Below, in pieces: positions 41,305 through 51,639 of a DNA stretch of 64,000 bases. This stretch comes from Spirochaetia bacterium (GTDB lineage Bacteria > Spirochaetota > Spirochaetia > SZUA-6 > Bin103). The stretch is taken from assembly GCA_965199955.1 (NCBI GenBank), contig CBDATQ010000002.1, positions 480,001 through 544,000 of the forward strand, given 5' to 3'. The notes beneath the pieces are model-generated. The model was not told the DNA's origin. It did no database searches and saw only the letters and a list, made by a program, of their open reading frames with translations. A program made the translations under genes and the position numbers. Every line of letters starts with the position of its first letter. Positions within the stretch are counted from its first letter, which is position 1.

Positions 41305-42100
41305 ACCATCGATGTGGCCGCGCCGCGGTTGGCCGGCTTCTGGAACAGGATCTGCTGGCGCGGGGTGAGCGGAACCGAGTCAGGCGGCGGCACGCGGCGC
41401 GCCGACCAGGCGATGTGGGACTGGCAGTACTTGTAGATGAGGGTGCGGCGCCGGTGGCTGCCCTTCCAGGGCGCGGTGCCGTGTGTCAGCGCCTCGGAGA
41501 ACAGGACCACCGACCCCGCCGGCGCCTCGGGAATCACCACGCCGGGCGCCAGGTCGTCCCCGTCCATCATCTCCCAGTGTCCGTGCGTCAACGCGGAAAC
41601 CGGGTTGGGGCGGACGAAGTTGCTCTTGTGGCTTCCCGGAACACAACAGAAGCCGCCGTACGCCGGCCCGTGTCCACCAGGTTCCACGACACGACGGTGA
41701 AGTCGTTCTGAATCAAGCCGTCGCGCACGTGGTAGGACTCGCCCGGCGAGTACGGCGCGTTGCCGCCGTGGAGCTGGCCGAAGTCCATGCCGGCGTCCAT
41801 GTTGATGCCGAACAGGCGGTCGATCCGGAACCAGTCGCCGAGCGTGGTCTGCAACAGCGGCATGATCCCGGAGTGGTCGAGCAGATCACAGAACGGTGTG
41901 CCCCATTCGAGAAATCCCGCCAGCGGCGGCACTTTGCCCGGAGCTATCCCGAAGCGGATCTCCTCCCGTGGCGGCGGCAGGCGCTGGGCGTCGATGAGCC
42001 GGTTCATTTCGTCGAGCTCGCCCTGGCCCAGGACGCCGGGAATCACCAGGAACCCCGCCAGGTCGAACAGGTAGCGCTGCATCTCCAGATCGCGGTCCAT
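41298..42100 (-). pseudogene. PhyH family dioxygenase, single-base frameshift near 41668
   Basis: YLFDLAGFLV...LHGG...VSWNLVDTG / PAYGGFCCVPGSHKSNF...ALTHGT.PW...RR. Confidence 0.8.
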
Positions 42101-42140
42101 CGATCCCCTCCGCCCGCCGGCTACGCGGTCGCCGAGCCCG

Positions 42141-43232
42141 CTATCGTGAGTCGGATGCCGTTCCGGTGTCGCCTGCGTCGATTCCGAACCCGGCCGCCGC
42201 GGTGACGAAGCGGTCCCAGATGTCGCGCGCGATCGGGACGCCGTGCCGCTGGCGGTGGGCGCGGGCGCGCGCCTCGGCCAGCCCCGGGTAGAGCACCCGG
42301 TCGTTGCCGGCGGCGGGTGCGCTCTCGCGGATCGAGGCGAGCAGCGCGTCGTTGCCGTTCAGCACTCCCGAGAGCGGCTGGAACAGGTCGGCGCGCAGCA
42401 GCACAAAGGTCACCCCCTGGTGGCTCATGAGCGGCACGCCTTCATCCGGCACCGCGTACGCGTCGGCGCCGGTGAACGATCTGCCGAGCAGCTCCACCGC
42501 CAGCATGATCGCGAACCCCTTGTGACCGCCTGCCTCGCCGCCGAAGGGCAGGTACGCGCCGCCGGCGAAGAAGTCGTCGGGATCGGTGGTGGGGCGCCCG
42601 GCGGAGTCGACGATGCTGGCCGGCGGCAGCCGCTCGCCGCGCGCCTGCGCGTTGGCCACCTTGACCCCGGACAGGGCGGTGGTGGCGAAGTCGATGACCA
42701 CCGGCGCCTCGCGGCCGGCGGGGAAGCCCATGCAGAACGGATTGGTGTCCAGCAGCCGGTCGCGGCCTCCGAACGGTGCGGCGCGCGCGCCGGTGACCGC
42801 GAATCCTCCTGCGCAGATCAGCGAGATCAGTCCCTCCGCGGCGGCCAGCTCCGCGTAATGGCCCAGCCGGCCGATGTGGTTGGCGCGCACCAGAGCGCCG
42901 ACGGCCACGCCAGCCTCGCGCGCCAGCGGGATCGCTTCGCGGGTCAGATACTCGGCGGCGACCTGGCCGAAGCAGATCTCCCCGGACACCAGCAGGCGGC
43001 CGGCCTCACGCTCCAGCACGCGCGGCTCGGCTCCGGGCACCAGCTCGCCCCGCTCGATCTCACCCAGGTACTTGGGGGTGTGGAAGATGCCATGCGTGTG
43101 CACGCCGGCAAGCTCGGCGCCGACCAGGTGCGTCGCCAGCGTGTCGGCGGCCTGCGCGGGGGTGCCGACCGCGGAAGCGACGTGCGTCACCAGCCGGTGC
43201 AGTGCGTCGGGCTGAACGACGACGGTTTCCAT
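42141..43232 (-). CDS. Ldh_2 family (malate/L-lactate/sulfolactate-type) NAD(P) oxidoreductase
   Basis: AELAGVHTHG, FGQVAA, NHIGRLGHY, APFGG...TNP, DFATT, GHKGFA, LYPG. Confidence 0.88.
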   Translation of the reverse strand: METVVVQPDALHRLVTHVASAVGTPAQAADTLATHLVGAELAGVHTHGIFHTPKYLGEIERGELVPGAEPRVLEREAGRLLVSGEICFGQVAAEYLTREAIPLAREAGVAVGALVRANHIGRLGHYAELAAAEGLISLICAGGFAVTGARAAPFGGRDRLLDTNPFCMGFPAGREAPVVIDFATTALSGVKVANAQARGERLPPASIVDSAGRPTTDPDDFFAGGAYLPFGGEAGGHKGFAIMLAVELLGRSFTGADAYAVPDEGVPLMSHQGVTFVLLRADLFQPLSGVLNGNDALLASIRESAPAAGNDRVLYPGLAEARARAHRQRHGVPIARDIWDRFVTAAAGFGIDAGDTGTASDSR

Positions 43233-43490
43233 GTGGCTCGGCGGGTATCCTATCAGACCCCCCGGGTGCTGGGGTGGGGCACTACCCGGTCGACGGACCG
43301 CGGCGGGGTTCCTGCACCCCTTGCACGATTTCGCCGTTCGGTGGCCTCCGGCGGCGAGTCGTCGGTGCCAGTTGCATCCACGGTCGCGGTAGGCGAGTTG
43401 GGTGTCGGCTGGGTCCGGTCCGTCGGTCCCGTGCGACAAGAACGTCGCGTGTTTGTTGTGCGTGTCCTGTTGCTTCGTTCAAGACAGAGC

Positions 43491-43950
43491 TCACGCCGCT
43501 GGGCGCATGTCGTTGACCTCCACGTTGAAGCCGAGCCGCTGCAGCCGCATCACGTGATGGTGTTTTAGGTGGTCCACCCCGCTGACGATCGTAGAAGTCT
43601 TCGCCCAGGTCGTCGTAGGTGATCTGATGCTTGATTTAAACGGCTTGCACGGGAGCTGGCGGCGACGGAGGAGGCTGAGTAGGCACCTGCGAAGTTTGCC
43701 GTTCGTCCGAGGCGCGGGCCGGCGCCTCGGTGAGCGCAGGTAATTGATCGGCCGCGCCGGCAGCGCGGACCGCTGTCCAGCTTCATCCGCCCAGATCCGG
43801 GACTCGGTCACTTTCCGGCCGGAGTCGGGAAGCTCTGCGGGAAGCCTGAGAAGCCGGCCGGGGCGACTGCCGCCTCGGCCTGGGACCAGTGGGATTGTTC
43901 CTGACGGACCGCCGGGAACAGTGTCAGGGTGCAGGCATCAGCCGGTGCGG
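43491..43950 (-). mobile_element. Degenerate IS110-family transposase remnant
   Basis: Frameshifted C-terminus ITYDDLGEDFYDRQR/HHVMRLQRLGFNVEV...AA* resembles the IS110 tail (Y.DLG.DYF....L..LG..V). Confidence 0.6.
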
Positions 43951-43960
43951 CGCGCTTAGT

Positions 43961-45952
43961 CCGAAGTTCCAGAGCGTGAATCTCTCGTAACTTCATTGAC
44001 AGAAATTAGTTGCAAGGTGATCTGCGTGCTGATTGGCGTCGTTTCGTGTCCATGTAGATGGTGGTGAATAGCGGCGAGATACATGCTATTTGATCTTGAC
44101 ATATCGTGATTTGTGTGCATGCTGTTGCCACAGATCGGTAGTCATGTACATCGAGTCTGTCCCCAACCGCTCCTCTCCCCCTGCCATCCTGCTCCGCGAG
44201 TCCTACCGCGAGCACGGCAAGGTCAAGAAGCGCACGCTCGCGAACCTCTCCAAATGGCCCCCTGATCTGGTCGACGGCTTGCGCACCCTGCTCAAGGGCG
44301 GCCACGCCTTCGCCTCGGTCTCGGATGCGTTGCTGCTCACGCGCTCGCTGCCCCACGGCCACGTCGCCGCCGTGCTGGGCATCCTCAAGCAGCTCGGACT
44401 CCATACCCTCATCGCCCGCAAGGCCAGCCGCTCGCGCGAGCTGATCATCGCCATGATCACCGCCCGCGTCATCGACGCGCAGTCCAAACTGGCCACCGCC
44501 CGCGCGCTCTCACCGCCCAGCGCCGTGTCCACCCTGGGCGAGTCGCTGCGGTTGGGGGAGGTCGATGAGAACGAGCTCTACGAGGCGATGGACTGGTTGG
44601 TCGGGCGCCAGGCGGCGATCGAGGACCGCCTGGCCGAACAGCACCTCAGCGAGCACACGCTGGTGCTCTACGACGTGAGCTCGACCTACTTCGAGGGCAG
44701 CCACTGCGAGCTGGCGCAGTTGGGACACAGCCGTGACGGCAAGTCGGGCACGCTGCAGATCGTGTTCGGGCTGCTGTGCACCCAGGAAGGCTGTCCGGTG
44801 GCGGTGGAGGTATTCCCTGGCTCTACCGCCGACCCGAAGACGGTGAGCGCGCAGGTGGACAAGATCCGCACCCGCTTCGGGCTCACGCGGGTGGTGCTGG
44901 TCGGCGACCGCGGGATGCTGAGCGCGGCGAGGATCCGCGAGGACCTGCAAGAGGTGGAGGGGCTGCGCTGGATCACCACGCTGCGCGCGCCGACGATCCG
45001 CAAGCTGGTGGCCGCCGGCGAGGTGGCGCCGTCGTTGTTCGACGAGCGCGACCTGGCCGAGATCACCAGCGAGGAGTTTCCGGGCGAGCGGCTGATCGTG
45101 TGCCGCAACCCGTTGCTGGCCGACGAACGGGAGCGCAAGCGCCAGGAGCTGCTACAGGCCACCGAGCAGAAGCTGGCCCCGATCGCTCAGGCCACCCAGC
45201 GCGTCCATCAGCCGCTACGGGGCGAGGCCGAGATCGGCATGCGGGTCGGCAAGGTGATCAATCACTACAAGGTGGGCAAGCACTTCGTGACCGAGATCAC
45301 CTCCGAGTCGTTCAGCTTTCGGCGCGATGAGGCCAAGATCGACGCCGAGCAGGCGCTGGACGGGCTGTACATCGTGCGCAGCAACGTGGAGCCGCAGGTG
45401 CTCGACGCGGCGCAGACGGTGCGCGCCTACAAGGGGCTGTCGAAGGTGGAGCGGGCGTTTCGGTGCATGAAGTCCGTGGACCTGAAGGTGCGCCCGATTC
45501 ACCACCGGCGCGCGGATCGAGTGCGGGCGCACGTGCTGCTGTGCATGCTGGCCTACTACGTGGAGTGGCACATGCGGCGCTCGTTGGCGCCGTTGCTGTT
45601 CGACGATCACGATCGACAGGGCGCCGAGCGCAAGCGGGTCTCCGAAGTGGCTCCGGCGCAGCGATCGGCGGCCGCGGCGGCCAAGGCGTCGAGCAAGCGC
45701 ACCGAGGACGGGTTGCCGGTGCACAGCTTTCGGACGCTGATCACTGAACTGGGCACGCTGACGGCGAACACGATGCAGGTTGCAGAGGGCGGCAGCACGT
45801 TCACGCTGCACACGCACCCGACGCCGGTTCAGCAGCGCTGTTTCGAGCTGCTTGGGGTCACGCCCCGCATGTAGCCATGCACAGGAACCTGCACCATTGA
45901 GAAACTACCCTGACCACAAGGACTTCAGGCAATTTCGCTCCTGGAACTTCGG
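43961..45952 (+). mobile_element. IS1634-family insertion sequence (1992 bp) with 12-bp terminal IRs and 6-bp TSD
   Basis: IR CCGAAGTTCCAG (43961-43972) / CTGGAACTTCGG (45941-45952); CTTAGT duplicated at 43955-43960 and 45953-45958. Confidence 0.93.
44144..45874 (+). CDS. IS1634-family DDE transposase
   Basis: MYIESVPNRSSPPAILLRESYRE.GKVKKRTLANLS; VLYDVSSTYF, VGDRGM, VERAFR, RVRAHVLLCMLAY. Confidence 0.93.
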   Translation: MYIESVPNRSSPPAILLRESYREHGKVKKRTLANLSKWPPDLVDGLRTLLKGGHAFASVSDALLLTRSLPHGHVAAVLGILKQLGLHTLIARKASRSRELIIAMITARVIDAQSKLATARALSPPSAVSTLGESLRLGEVDENELYEAMDWLVGRQAAIEDRLAEQHLSEHTLVLYDVSSTYFEGSHCELAQLGHSRDGKSGTLQIVFGLLCTQEGCPVAVEVFPGSTADPKTVSAQVDKIRTRFGLTRVVLVGDRGMLSAARIREDLQEVEGLRWITTLRAPTIRKLVAAGEVAPSLFDERDLAEITSEEFPGERLIVCRNPLLADERERKRQELLQATEQKLAPIAQATQRVHQPLRGEAEIGMRVGKVINHYKVGKHFVTEITSESFSFRRDEAKIDAEQALDGLYIVRSNVEPQVLDAAQTVRAYKGLSKVERAFRCMKSVDLKVRPIHHRRADRVRAHVLLCMLAYYVEWHMRRSLAPLLFDDHDRQGAERKRVSEVAPAQRSAAAAAKASSKRTEDGLPVHSFRTLITELGTLTANTMQVAEGGSTFTLHTHPTPVQQRCFELLGVTPRM

Positions 45953-46122
45953 CTTAGTCGATGCAGCCCTGCCAGCCGGCGAACCCGGCGTCGTGCAGTC
46001 CGCACCCGGCGATCTGGACGATGGGGTGCAGGAATACCCCGACGGTCGGTTCGTGGGCGGCGATGCGCTAACCTATCACGGCGTTCGGGCCGGCACGGCG
46101 GCCCCGCGTCCTGGGAGGAGCG

Positions 46123-47601
46123 ATGTCTTTCGATCAGATCACGGCGGCCGAGCCGATCGTGACGGCCGAGCCGTTGCTGCTGGACGACCGGCAGATGCGG
46201 GAATTCGTCACGCGCGGCTACCTGACGTTTCGTCTCGACCTTCCGGAGGCCTTCCACCGCCGGGTCCGGGAGCGCGCCCTGGGGGACATCCGCCGCTGCG
46301 AGGAGGCCGGCATCCGTTCGCCGCTCAACAACGCGTTGCCGCGCATACCCGAGCTGCGGCGGGTGTTCGACCATCCCCGCGTCGCCGGGGCGCTCACCAG
46401 CATCCTCGGCGCCGGCTACTACCTGCACCTGCACCGCCACGTGCACGACAACCGGCCCGGCAGCGACGCGCAGACCATCCACCAGGACAGCCTGTACAAC
46501 AGCCGTTTCGCCGTGGACGGCAACCGCCGCCACCACCACTGCCGCTGGGCGATGGCCTTCTACTACCCGCAGGACACGGCGCTCGACATGGGCCCGAGCG
46601 CGGTGGCGCCGTGCTCGCAGTACCTGACCGAGGGAGCGGGGCTGGACGCCGAGCAGGCGCTCGAGGGGCCGGCCGGGACGGTCACGATCGTCCACTACGA
46701 CCTGTTCCACCGCGGCCTGGCCAACCGGAGCGGCGACACGCGGCTGATGATCAAGTTCCTGTTCGCGCGCATGGAGGAGCCGGTGCGGCCGAGCTGGAAC
46801 GCGGCGCAGGCGGCGTGGCCGGAGGAGCCGGGCTCAGATGCCCGCGACCGGCAGCGGGTGTGGCGCCATCATTGGCGGTGGTTCCGCGGCGAGTCCGCCG
46901 CCAACGGTGACGCGGCAACGACGGCGGACGTGCGTGCCCTGGAGCGTGACCTGGACCACGCGGACGAGTGGCGTGGCTTGGCCGCCGCCTACGGGCTGGG
47001 CGCCGCCGGCGCTGCCGGTGCTCCCGCCCTGCTGGCGGCGCTCACCGGAAGCGATCCGGTCGCGCGGCGGCGCGCCGCGTACGGGTTTGGGCCGCTCGGC
47101 GGGGCCGGCGTCGGCGGGCTGACGGAGGCCGCCGGGCATGACGACGCCGAGGTGCGCGCCCGTGCGGTGGATGTGCTGGGTGACGCGGGGCGAGCCGCCG
47201 GCGTCGCGGTGCCGGCGCTCGGCGCGCGCCTCCGCGACGAGTCGTCCGACGTGCGCGCGCTGGCCGCCGATGCGCTGGGAATCGCCGGACAGGGCAGCAC
47301 CGCGGGTGGGGAGGCGGCCGCCGGCCGTGCCGCCGGGGAGCTCACCACGGCCATGGAGGATGCAGACGCGGTCGTGCGGCGCAACGCCGCGCTGTCGCTG
47401 GCCCGCCTGGGACCCGCGGCGGCGGGCGCGGTGCCGGCGCTCGAGCGGGCCCTGGACGAGGAGGACCACTACGTGCGCGGCTATGCCGTGCAGGCGCTGC
47501 GCCGCGTCGCAACGCCGGGCGCCACGGCCGCGCTGCTGCACCACCTGGAGACCGCCCGCTGGGACCCGCGACAGGACGCCCTGGGCGCCGGCGCCGCGTG
47601 A
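46123..47601 (+). CDS. PhyH-like Fe/2OG dioxygenase fused to C-terminal HEAT repeats
   Basis: IHQDS, FYYPQD...GP, HYDLFHRG..N; then repeats VRARAVDVLG, VRALAADALG, VRRNAALSLA, VRGYAVQAL; SD GGAGGAG. Confidence 0.8.
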   Translation: MSFDQITAAEPIVTAEPLLLDDRQMREFVTRGYLTFRLDLPEAFHRRVRERALGDIRRCEEAGIRSPLNNALPRIPELRRVFDHPRVAGALTSILGAGYYLHLHRHVHDNRPGSDAQTIHQDSLYNSRFAVDGNRRHHHCRWAMAFYYPQDTALDMGPSAVAPCSQYLTEGAGLDAEQALEGPAGTVTIVHYDLFHRGLANRSGDTRLMIKFLFARMEEPVRPSWNAAQAAWPEEPGSDARDRQRVWRHHWRWFRGESAANGDAATTADVRALERDLDHADEWRGLAAAYGLGAAGAAGAPALLAALTGSDPVARRRAAYGFGPLGGAGVGGLTEAAGHDDAEVRARAVDVLGDAGRAAGVAVPALGARLRDESSDVRALAADALGIAGQGSTAGGEAAAGRAAGELTTAMEDADAVVRRNAALSLARLGPAAAGAVPALERALDEEDHYVRGYAVQALRRVATPGATAALLHHLETARWDPRQDALGAGAA

Positions 47602-47608
47602 ACGCCGT

Positions 47609-48553
47609 CTGAGGAGCCGCGCGCCCGGGCGGCCGGATCTCTCGCACCACATCGTCACCAACCGGCGCGTTCGGCCGGACGGCAGAGTGGATGCGTGGCA
47701 TCCGCGGCCGGACCCCGCGGGCGCGATCCGTCACGCAATGGTCCCGTTCGCGGCGCTGGGCCGCGGTGACCACCGGCCGGTGCCGCTGCAGGTCGACGTT
47801 CTGTGCGCGGCGGTCCGCGCGGATCTGCGGCGGCAGGGTGACGAGCACCGCGACGTGCTGTTCTTCATCCACGGACACCGGCTGTGGCTGCCGGGGCTGC
47901 GGCTGGGACTGCTGCGCGAGCTCCACGACCGCTACGTCGCCGGACCGCGGGGGCCGGTGGGGGTGGTCGTCTTCTTCTCCTGGCCGGACCGCGGCTGGCC
48001 GTGGTCGGAGGATGACGAGGCGTACGCGTACGGAGGCGCCTTCTTCGCGCGGGGGGCCGGCCTGCTGGCGGCGCTGAGCGATGCCGCCGGCGGCCGGATG
48101 CACCTGCTGGTGCAGTCGTTCGGCCATCACCTGCTGGCCGGCATGGTCGCCCGGGCGGTCGCGGAGGGGCACGATCGGCCTCCGTTCCGGAGCTGCCTGC
48201 TGGCCGGCGCCGAAGTCCCGCAGGCGTCGATCGGCTCCGGCGGTGTCACCCTGACCAGCCGCGGCGATGCCGGCCGGAGCTACCGGTTCGACCAGTTGCA
48301 CCGTCTCGCGGAGCGGACGGTCGTCTACTACGACCCGCGCGACCGGATCCTTCCCGCCGCACGGACGCTGATGATGAACCGCTACCCGCGCCTGGGGCGG
48401 CTTGGCTGCGCCGGGCTGGAGGTTCCCGACCACATCACCTGTCAGGACGTGAGCGAGGCCGGCGACCTGCCGCGCTGGCCGCTGGCACGCCACCGCGCCT
48501 TCATCACCTCGCAGTCGGTCGCGGAGATGATGGCGGCTCAGATCCGCGGCTGA
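47609..48553 (+). CDS. Alpha/beta hydrolase (DUF900-like), start unclear
   Basis: VTNR, VLFFIHG, VFFSWP, HLLVQSFG, VYYDPRD.IL, RLG..G; no clean ATG/GTG before the TNR motif. Confidence 0.6.
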   Translation: MRSRAPGRPDLSHHIVTNRRVRPDGRVDAWHPRPDPAGAIRHAMVPFAALGRGDHRPVPLQVDVLCAAVRADLRRQGDEHRDVLFFIHGHRLWLPGLRLGLLRELHDRYVAGPRGPVGVVVFFSWPDRGWPWSEDDEAYAYGGAFFARGAGLLAALSDAAGGRMHLLVQSFGHHLLAGMVARAVAEGHDRPPFRSCLLAGAEVPQASIGSGGVTLTSRGDAGRSYRFDQLHRLAERTVVYYDPRDRILPAARTLMMNRYPRLGRLGCAGLEVPDHITCQDVSEAGDLPRWPLARHRAFITSQSVAEMMAAQIRG

Positions 48554-49593
48554 GCGGCGCGCTCCTGCCACGCCCGGTGGCGGGCGTAGCTGTGCCGGAA
48601 CTCGCGGGTGGCCGCGAACGCGGGTGGCAGAGGGCGGCCGCCCGGCAGGCTGAGCCACAGGCGCAGCATCAGCCGGCCGGCGCCGCCGCCGGCATCCGCG
48701 AAGGCGGAGCGGGCGTGCAGGACGTCGTAATTGTTGGCGACGAGCACGTCGCCCGGATGCATCGCGAACTCGAGGGCCAGCTCGTCGCAGGCCGCGTCCA
48801 GCAGGTCGAGCGCCGCCCGCTGCTCGGAGGTGAGCGGCGGCACCTCCGCGAAGCGCTGCGCGGAGTCGATGTACTGCCGCTTGTAGAGCGTGCAGAGCCG
48901 TTCCCGGTGGAAGTTGAAGATGGGTACCGTCTGAACCCGTGGGGCGCCGGCGGCCTGCTGGCCGCGCAGGTCGAAGTGGAACGGCTGCTGCAGGACCACG
49001 GCCAGATCGGGAGCTTCGCGCACGATGCGGTTGAAGGCGGCGACGCTGGAGACGATGCGGCTGCGTCCGCCGCGCGCGGCCGTGCGCACGCACAGCAGCA
49101 TGAAGACGTCGGCGCCGTCGTTGTGGAAGGTCAGGTCGCGGCTGGTCTGGAAGTAGCGGACGTCGCCGTCGCCGATGTCGCGGCCGGTGTCCTGCACGCG
49201 GTGCAGGAGCAGCCCGTCGCGGTCCTGCGGCTCGGCGGCGCCGAGGTGCGTGCCCAGCCCCCAGAGCAGCAGCTCCAGCTCCCGGTCGGTGTGCTCCGCG
49301 ACCGGGAAGCCGCGCAGCAGCACGACGCCCCGCCCCCCTTCCAGGCGTCCGGCGATGTCGTCGCAGAGCCCGGCCACGGTCGGCAGCGGGAAGTCGCGGC
49401 GCGTCACGGCGAACGGCATGTCTCCGTCCGTCGCCCGGCGCGCGGCGGCTCCGGCCGCGGCCAGCTCCGCTGCCTGCGCGGGCGACAACTCGATCACCCA
49501 GTCGTCGCTCCCGGCCAGCGCGGCTCCGTCCCACGCCGCCGGCGCAGGCAGGGGCTCGCGCAGGAACTCCTCGCCCCGATCCGCTTCGCTCAT
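48538..49593 (-). CDS. TauD/TfdA family Fe/2OG dioxygenase
   Basis: GRGVVLLRGFP, LTFHNDGADV, GG.SRIVS, NNY.VLHARS.F, RLMLRLWL. Confidence 0.88.
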   Translation of the reverse strand: MSEADRGEEFLREPLPAPAAWDGAALAGSDDWVIELSPAQAAELAAAGAAARRATDGDMPFAVTRRDFPLPTVAGLCDDIAGRLEGGRGVVLLRGFPVAEHTDRELELLLWGLGTHLGAAEPQDRDGLLLHRVQDTGRDIGDGDVRYFQTSRDLTFHNDGADVFMLLCVRTAARGGRSRIVSSVAAFNRIVREAPDLAVVLQQPFHFDLRGQQAAGAPRVQTVPIFNFHRERLCTLYKRQYIDSAQRFAEVPPLTSEQRAALDLLDAACDELALEFAMHPGDVLVANNYDVLHARSAFADAGGGAGRLMLRLWLSLPGGRPLPPAFAATREFRHSYARHRAWQERAAQPRI

Positions 49594-51287
49594 CACCTTC
49601 TCCTCGCCTTCGTCGTCTCCAGCACCAGCACCCAGTCCTGGATGATCGGCGGGCGCGGCGGCTGCCAGCGGCCTCCGCCATCCGGCGCGGCCGTCCCCGC
49701 GTCGTGATCGCTGCCGCGGCGCGGGTCGAACCACGACGCCCGGTAGCGGGCCCCTGGCTCGATCCCGCAGACCGTGACGATACAGCGGGTGGGGACGAAG
49801 ATCACGCGCACCTCGCCCGGGATCCCGGCGGCCAGGGGCTTGAGGGTGGACGCGAGCGGGTCGTAGTAGTGCCCGCCGGCCCACGTGATCCACTCGGCAT
49901 GCGGCAGGAACCGCCACCAGCGATAGCGTTCCAGCAGCCGCTTGCCGAGCCCCACCTGGGCGGAGCCCGGGAACCCCATCGCTACGTCCCACGGATCGTC
50001 GTCGAACGCGTCGCCGAACACCCGCGGGTCGTGGCCGAACGGCTCCTCGCGGGTGTTCACCTGCCAGATGCCGCTGGCCCCGTAGGTGTGGCCGGCGGCG
50101 CCGCGGAGCATCGATCCCCAGAACAGCAGGCGCTGCACGTTCTCCCAGTTCCAGCCGCCTTCGCCTTCGTAGCAGCCTTCGCCGAGCAGCCGCGGCAGGC
50201 GGGGGCAGGCGTCCAGGCGGGCATCGAGCTCCTGCATGACCCGCGCTGCCGTGATCACGTCATGCAGGCCGCACTGCGCCATGTCCAGGTCGAGCAGCGA
50301 CGCGTCCTCCACCAGGTCGAGCGACCAGCTTCCGGAGCTGGGATGGATGGAGACGGGGCGGCGGTACGGATCTGTGGAGCGAACGTAACGGGTGATGGAC
50401 GTCCACTCGGCGCGCGCCGTGCGCTGGTGCTCGAGCAGCCGCTTCGAGGACGGTTCGGCGGGAGCCATCCGGGCGCGGTGCAGGTCGCCCCACAGCTCCG
50501 AGGTGTAGAACGGCATGAGCGCCTCGCCAGCGATGCACCACACCACCGGCCAGGCGCCGTAGCGGGCGATTATGGTGCGCCAGTGCCGGCGCAGCACCTC
50601 GGCGCCGGCGAACTGCATGAAGTAGCCCCAGGAGCCGACGATGGCGGGCACCATGCCCAGCTCGACCACGTGCTCGATGCGCCGGTCGGCGGCGTCGAAC
50701 CAGGCGGAATTGAGCGCCGCGAAGTCCTGGCTCCAGGGAAAGCCGGCCTCGTTGGCGCCGCGCGGGTCGAACGGCGGCATGTCCGGGTAGAGGCCGGCGA
50801 CCAGCAGCGCGACGGAGAAGCCCTTGCCGGCGCGATCGGCGGCCAGCCGCTGGAAGTCCTCGGGCCAGCGCAGGCGCTGCACGAGCCCCATCCACCAGGT
50901 GTCGGCCAGCCACAGGAACGGCGTCCCGTCGGCGTGCTGAAGGTGCCGGGCACCGGGCTCCGCGCGCCGCAGCGGCCCATGCCGGTAGAGCGGGTTGGCC
51001 TCATCGCGAGCCGGCTCGACCTCGATCACGCCGGTGCGGCCGTGCAGCGCCGGGTCGCCCGGGTCCGAGCAGCGGGTGACGAACCGGTGCCGGCCGACCG
51101 CCGGCGAGGCGTAGCGTACGCCCCAACGCCCCTCGCCGGCCTGGAACGCCGGTATGGTCAGCTCCCGGCCGTCGGGACCGGTGACCAGGACATCCAGCTC
51201 GACATCGGACGCATCCGAGCCTGAATGGTCGGAGGTGTACTCCCAGGAGCACACCCGGTTCTGCGTGATATGGAGACGCTGGTTCAT
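49593..51287 (-). CDS. DUF4038/DUF5060 (apiosidase-like) glycoside hydrolase
   Basis: HADGTPFLWLADTWW, WFDAADRRI, ARYGAWPVVWCIAGE, EGCYEG, GHTYGA.GIW, DWVLVL. Confidence 0.8.
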   Translation of the reverse strand: MNQRLHITQNRVCSWEYTSDHSGSDASDVELDVLVTGPDGRELTIPAFQAGEGRWGVRYASPAVGRHRFVTRCSDPGDPALHGRTGVIEVEPARDEANPLYRHGPLRRAEPGARHLQHADGTPFLWLADTWWMGLVQRLRWPEDFQRLAADRAGKGFSVALLVAGLYPDMPPFDPRGANEAGFPWSQDFAALNSAWFDAADRRIEHVVELGMVPAIVGSWGYFMQFAGAEVLRRHWRTIIARYGAWPVVWCIAGEALMPFYTSELWGDLHRARMAPAEPSSKRLLEHQRTARAEWTSITRYVRSTDPYRRPVSIHPSSGSWSLDLVEDASLLDLDMAQCGLHDVITAARVMQELDARLDACPRLPRLLGEGCYEGEGGWNWENVQRLLFWGSMLRGAAGHTYGASGIWQVNTREEPFGHDPRVFGDAFDDDPWDVAMGFPGSAQVGLGKRLLERYRWWRFLPHAEWITWAGGHYYDPLASTLKPLAAGIPGEVRVIFVPTRCIVTVCGIEPGARYRASWFDPRRGSDHDAGTAAPDGGGRWQPPRPPIIQDWVLVLETTKARRR

Positions 51288-51288
51288 G

Positions 51289-51630
51289 TCAGCGGCGCCC
51301 GCGACCGTCGTCCGGCCCATCGTCGGGGGGAAGGGTGACGAGCACGTCGACGCAATCTGGCTGGCGGCCGATCTCGACCACGCGGTTGACCCTGATCCCG
51401 CCGCAACGGCTGCAGCGGTGCACGAGCTGCGGCCGTCGGCCGCTGCGGCGCAGTCCGACCGGCCGCATCAGCCCGCCACAGCGGCTGCGGCGGTCACCGG
51501 GCTCCAGGTCGACGTGCAGGGAATACAGGCAGAACGGGCAGTGGTTGCGATAGCTGCCGTCGGTGGACGGCTGCACGTCGACGCCGCAGCGCAGGCATTG
51601 GAAGGGAGTGTTCTCCGTTCTGCGGCTCAT
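51289..51630 (-). CDS. RNHCP domain protein
   Basis: FQCLRCG...SYRNHCPFCLYSLHVD..PGDR...CGGLM.P...HRCSRCG. Confidence 0.9.
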   Translation of the reverse strand: MSRRTENTPFQCLRCGVDVQPSTDGSYRNHCPFCLYSLHVDLEPGDRRSRCGGLMRPVGLRRSGRRPQLVHRCSRCGGIRVNRVVEIGRQPDCVDVLVTLPPDDGPDDGRGRR

Positions 51631-51639
51631 CGCAGCCGA

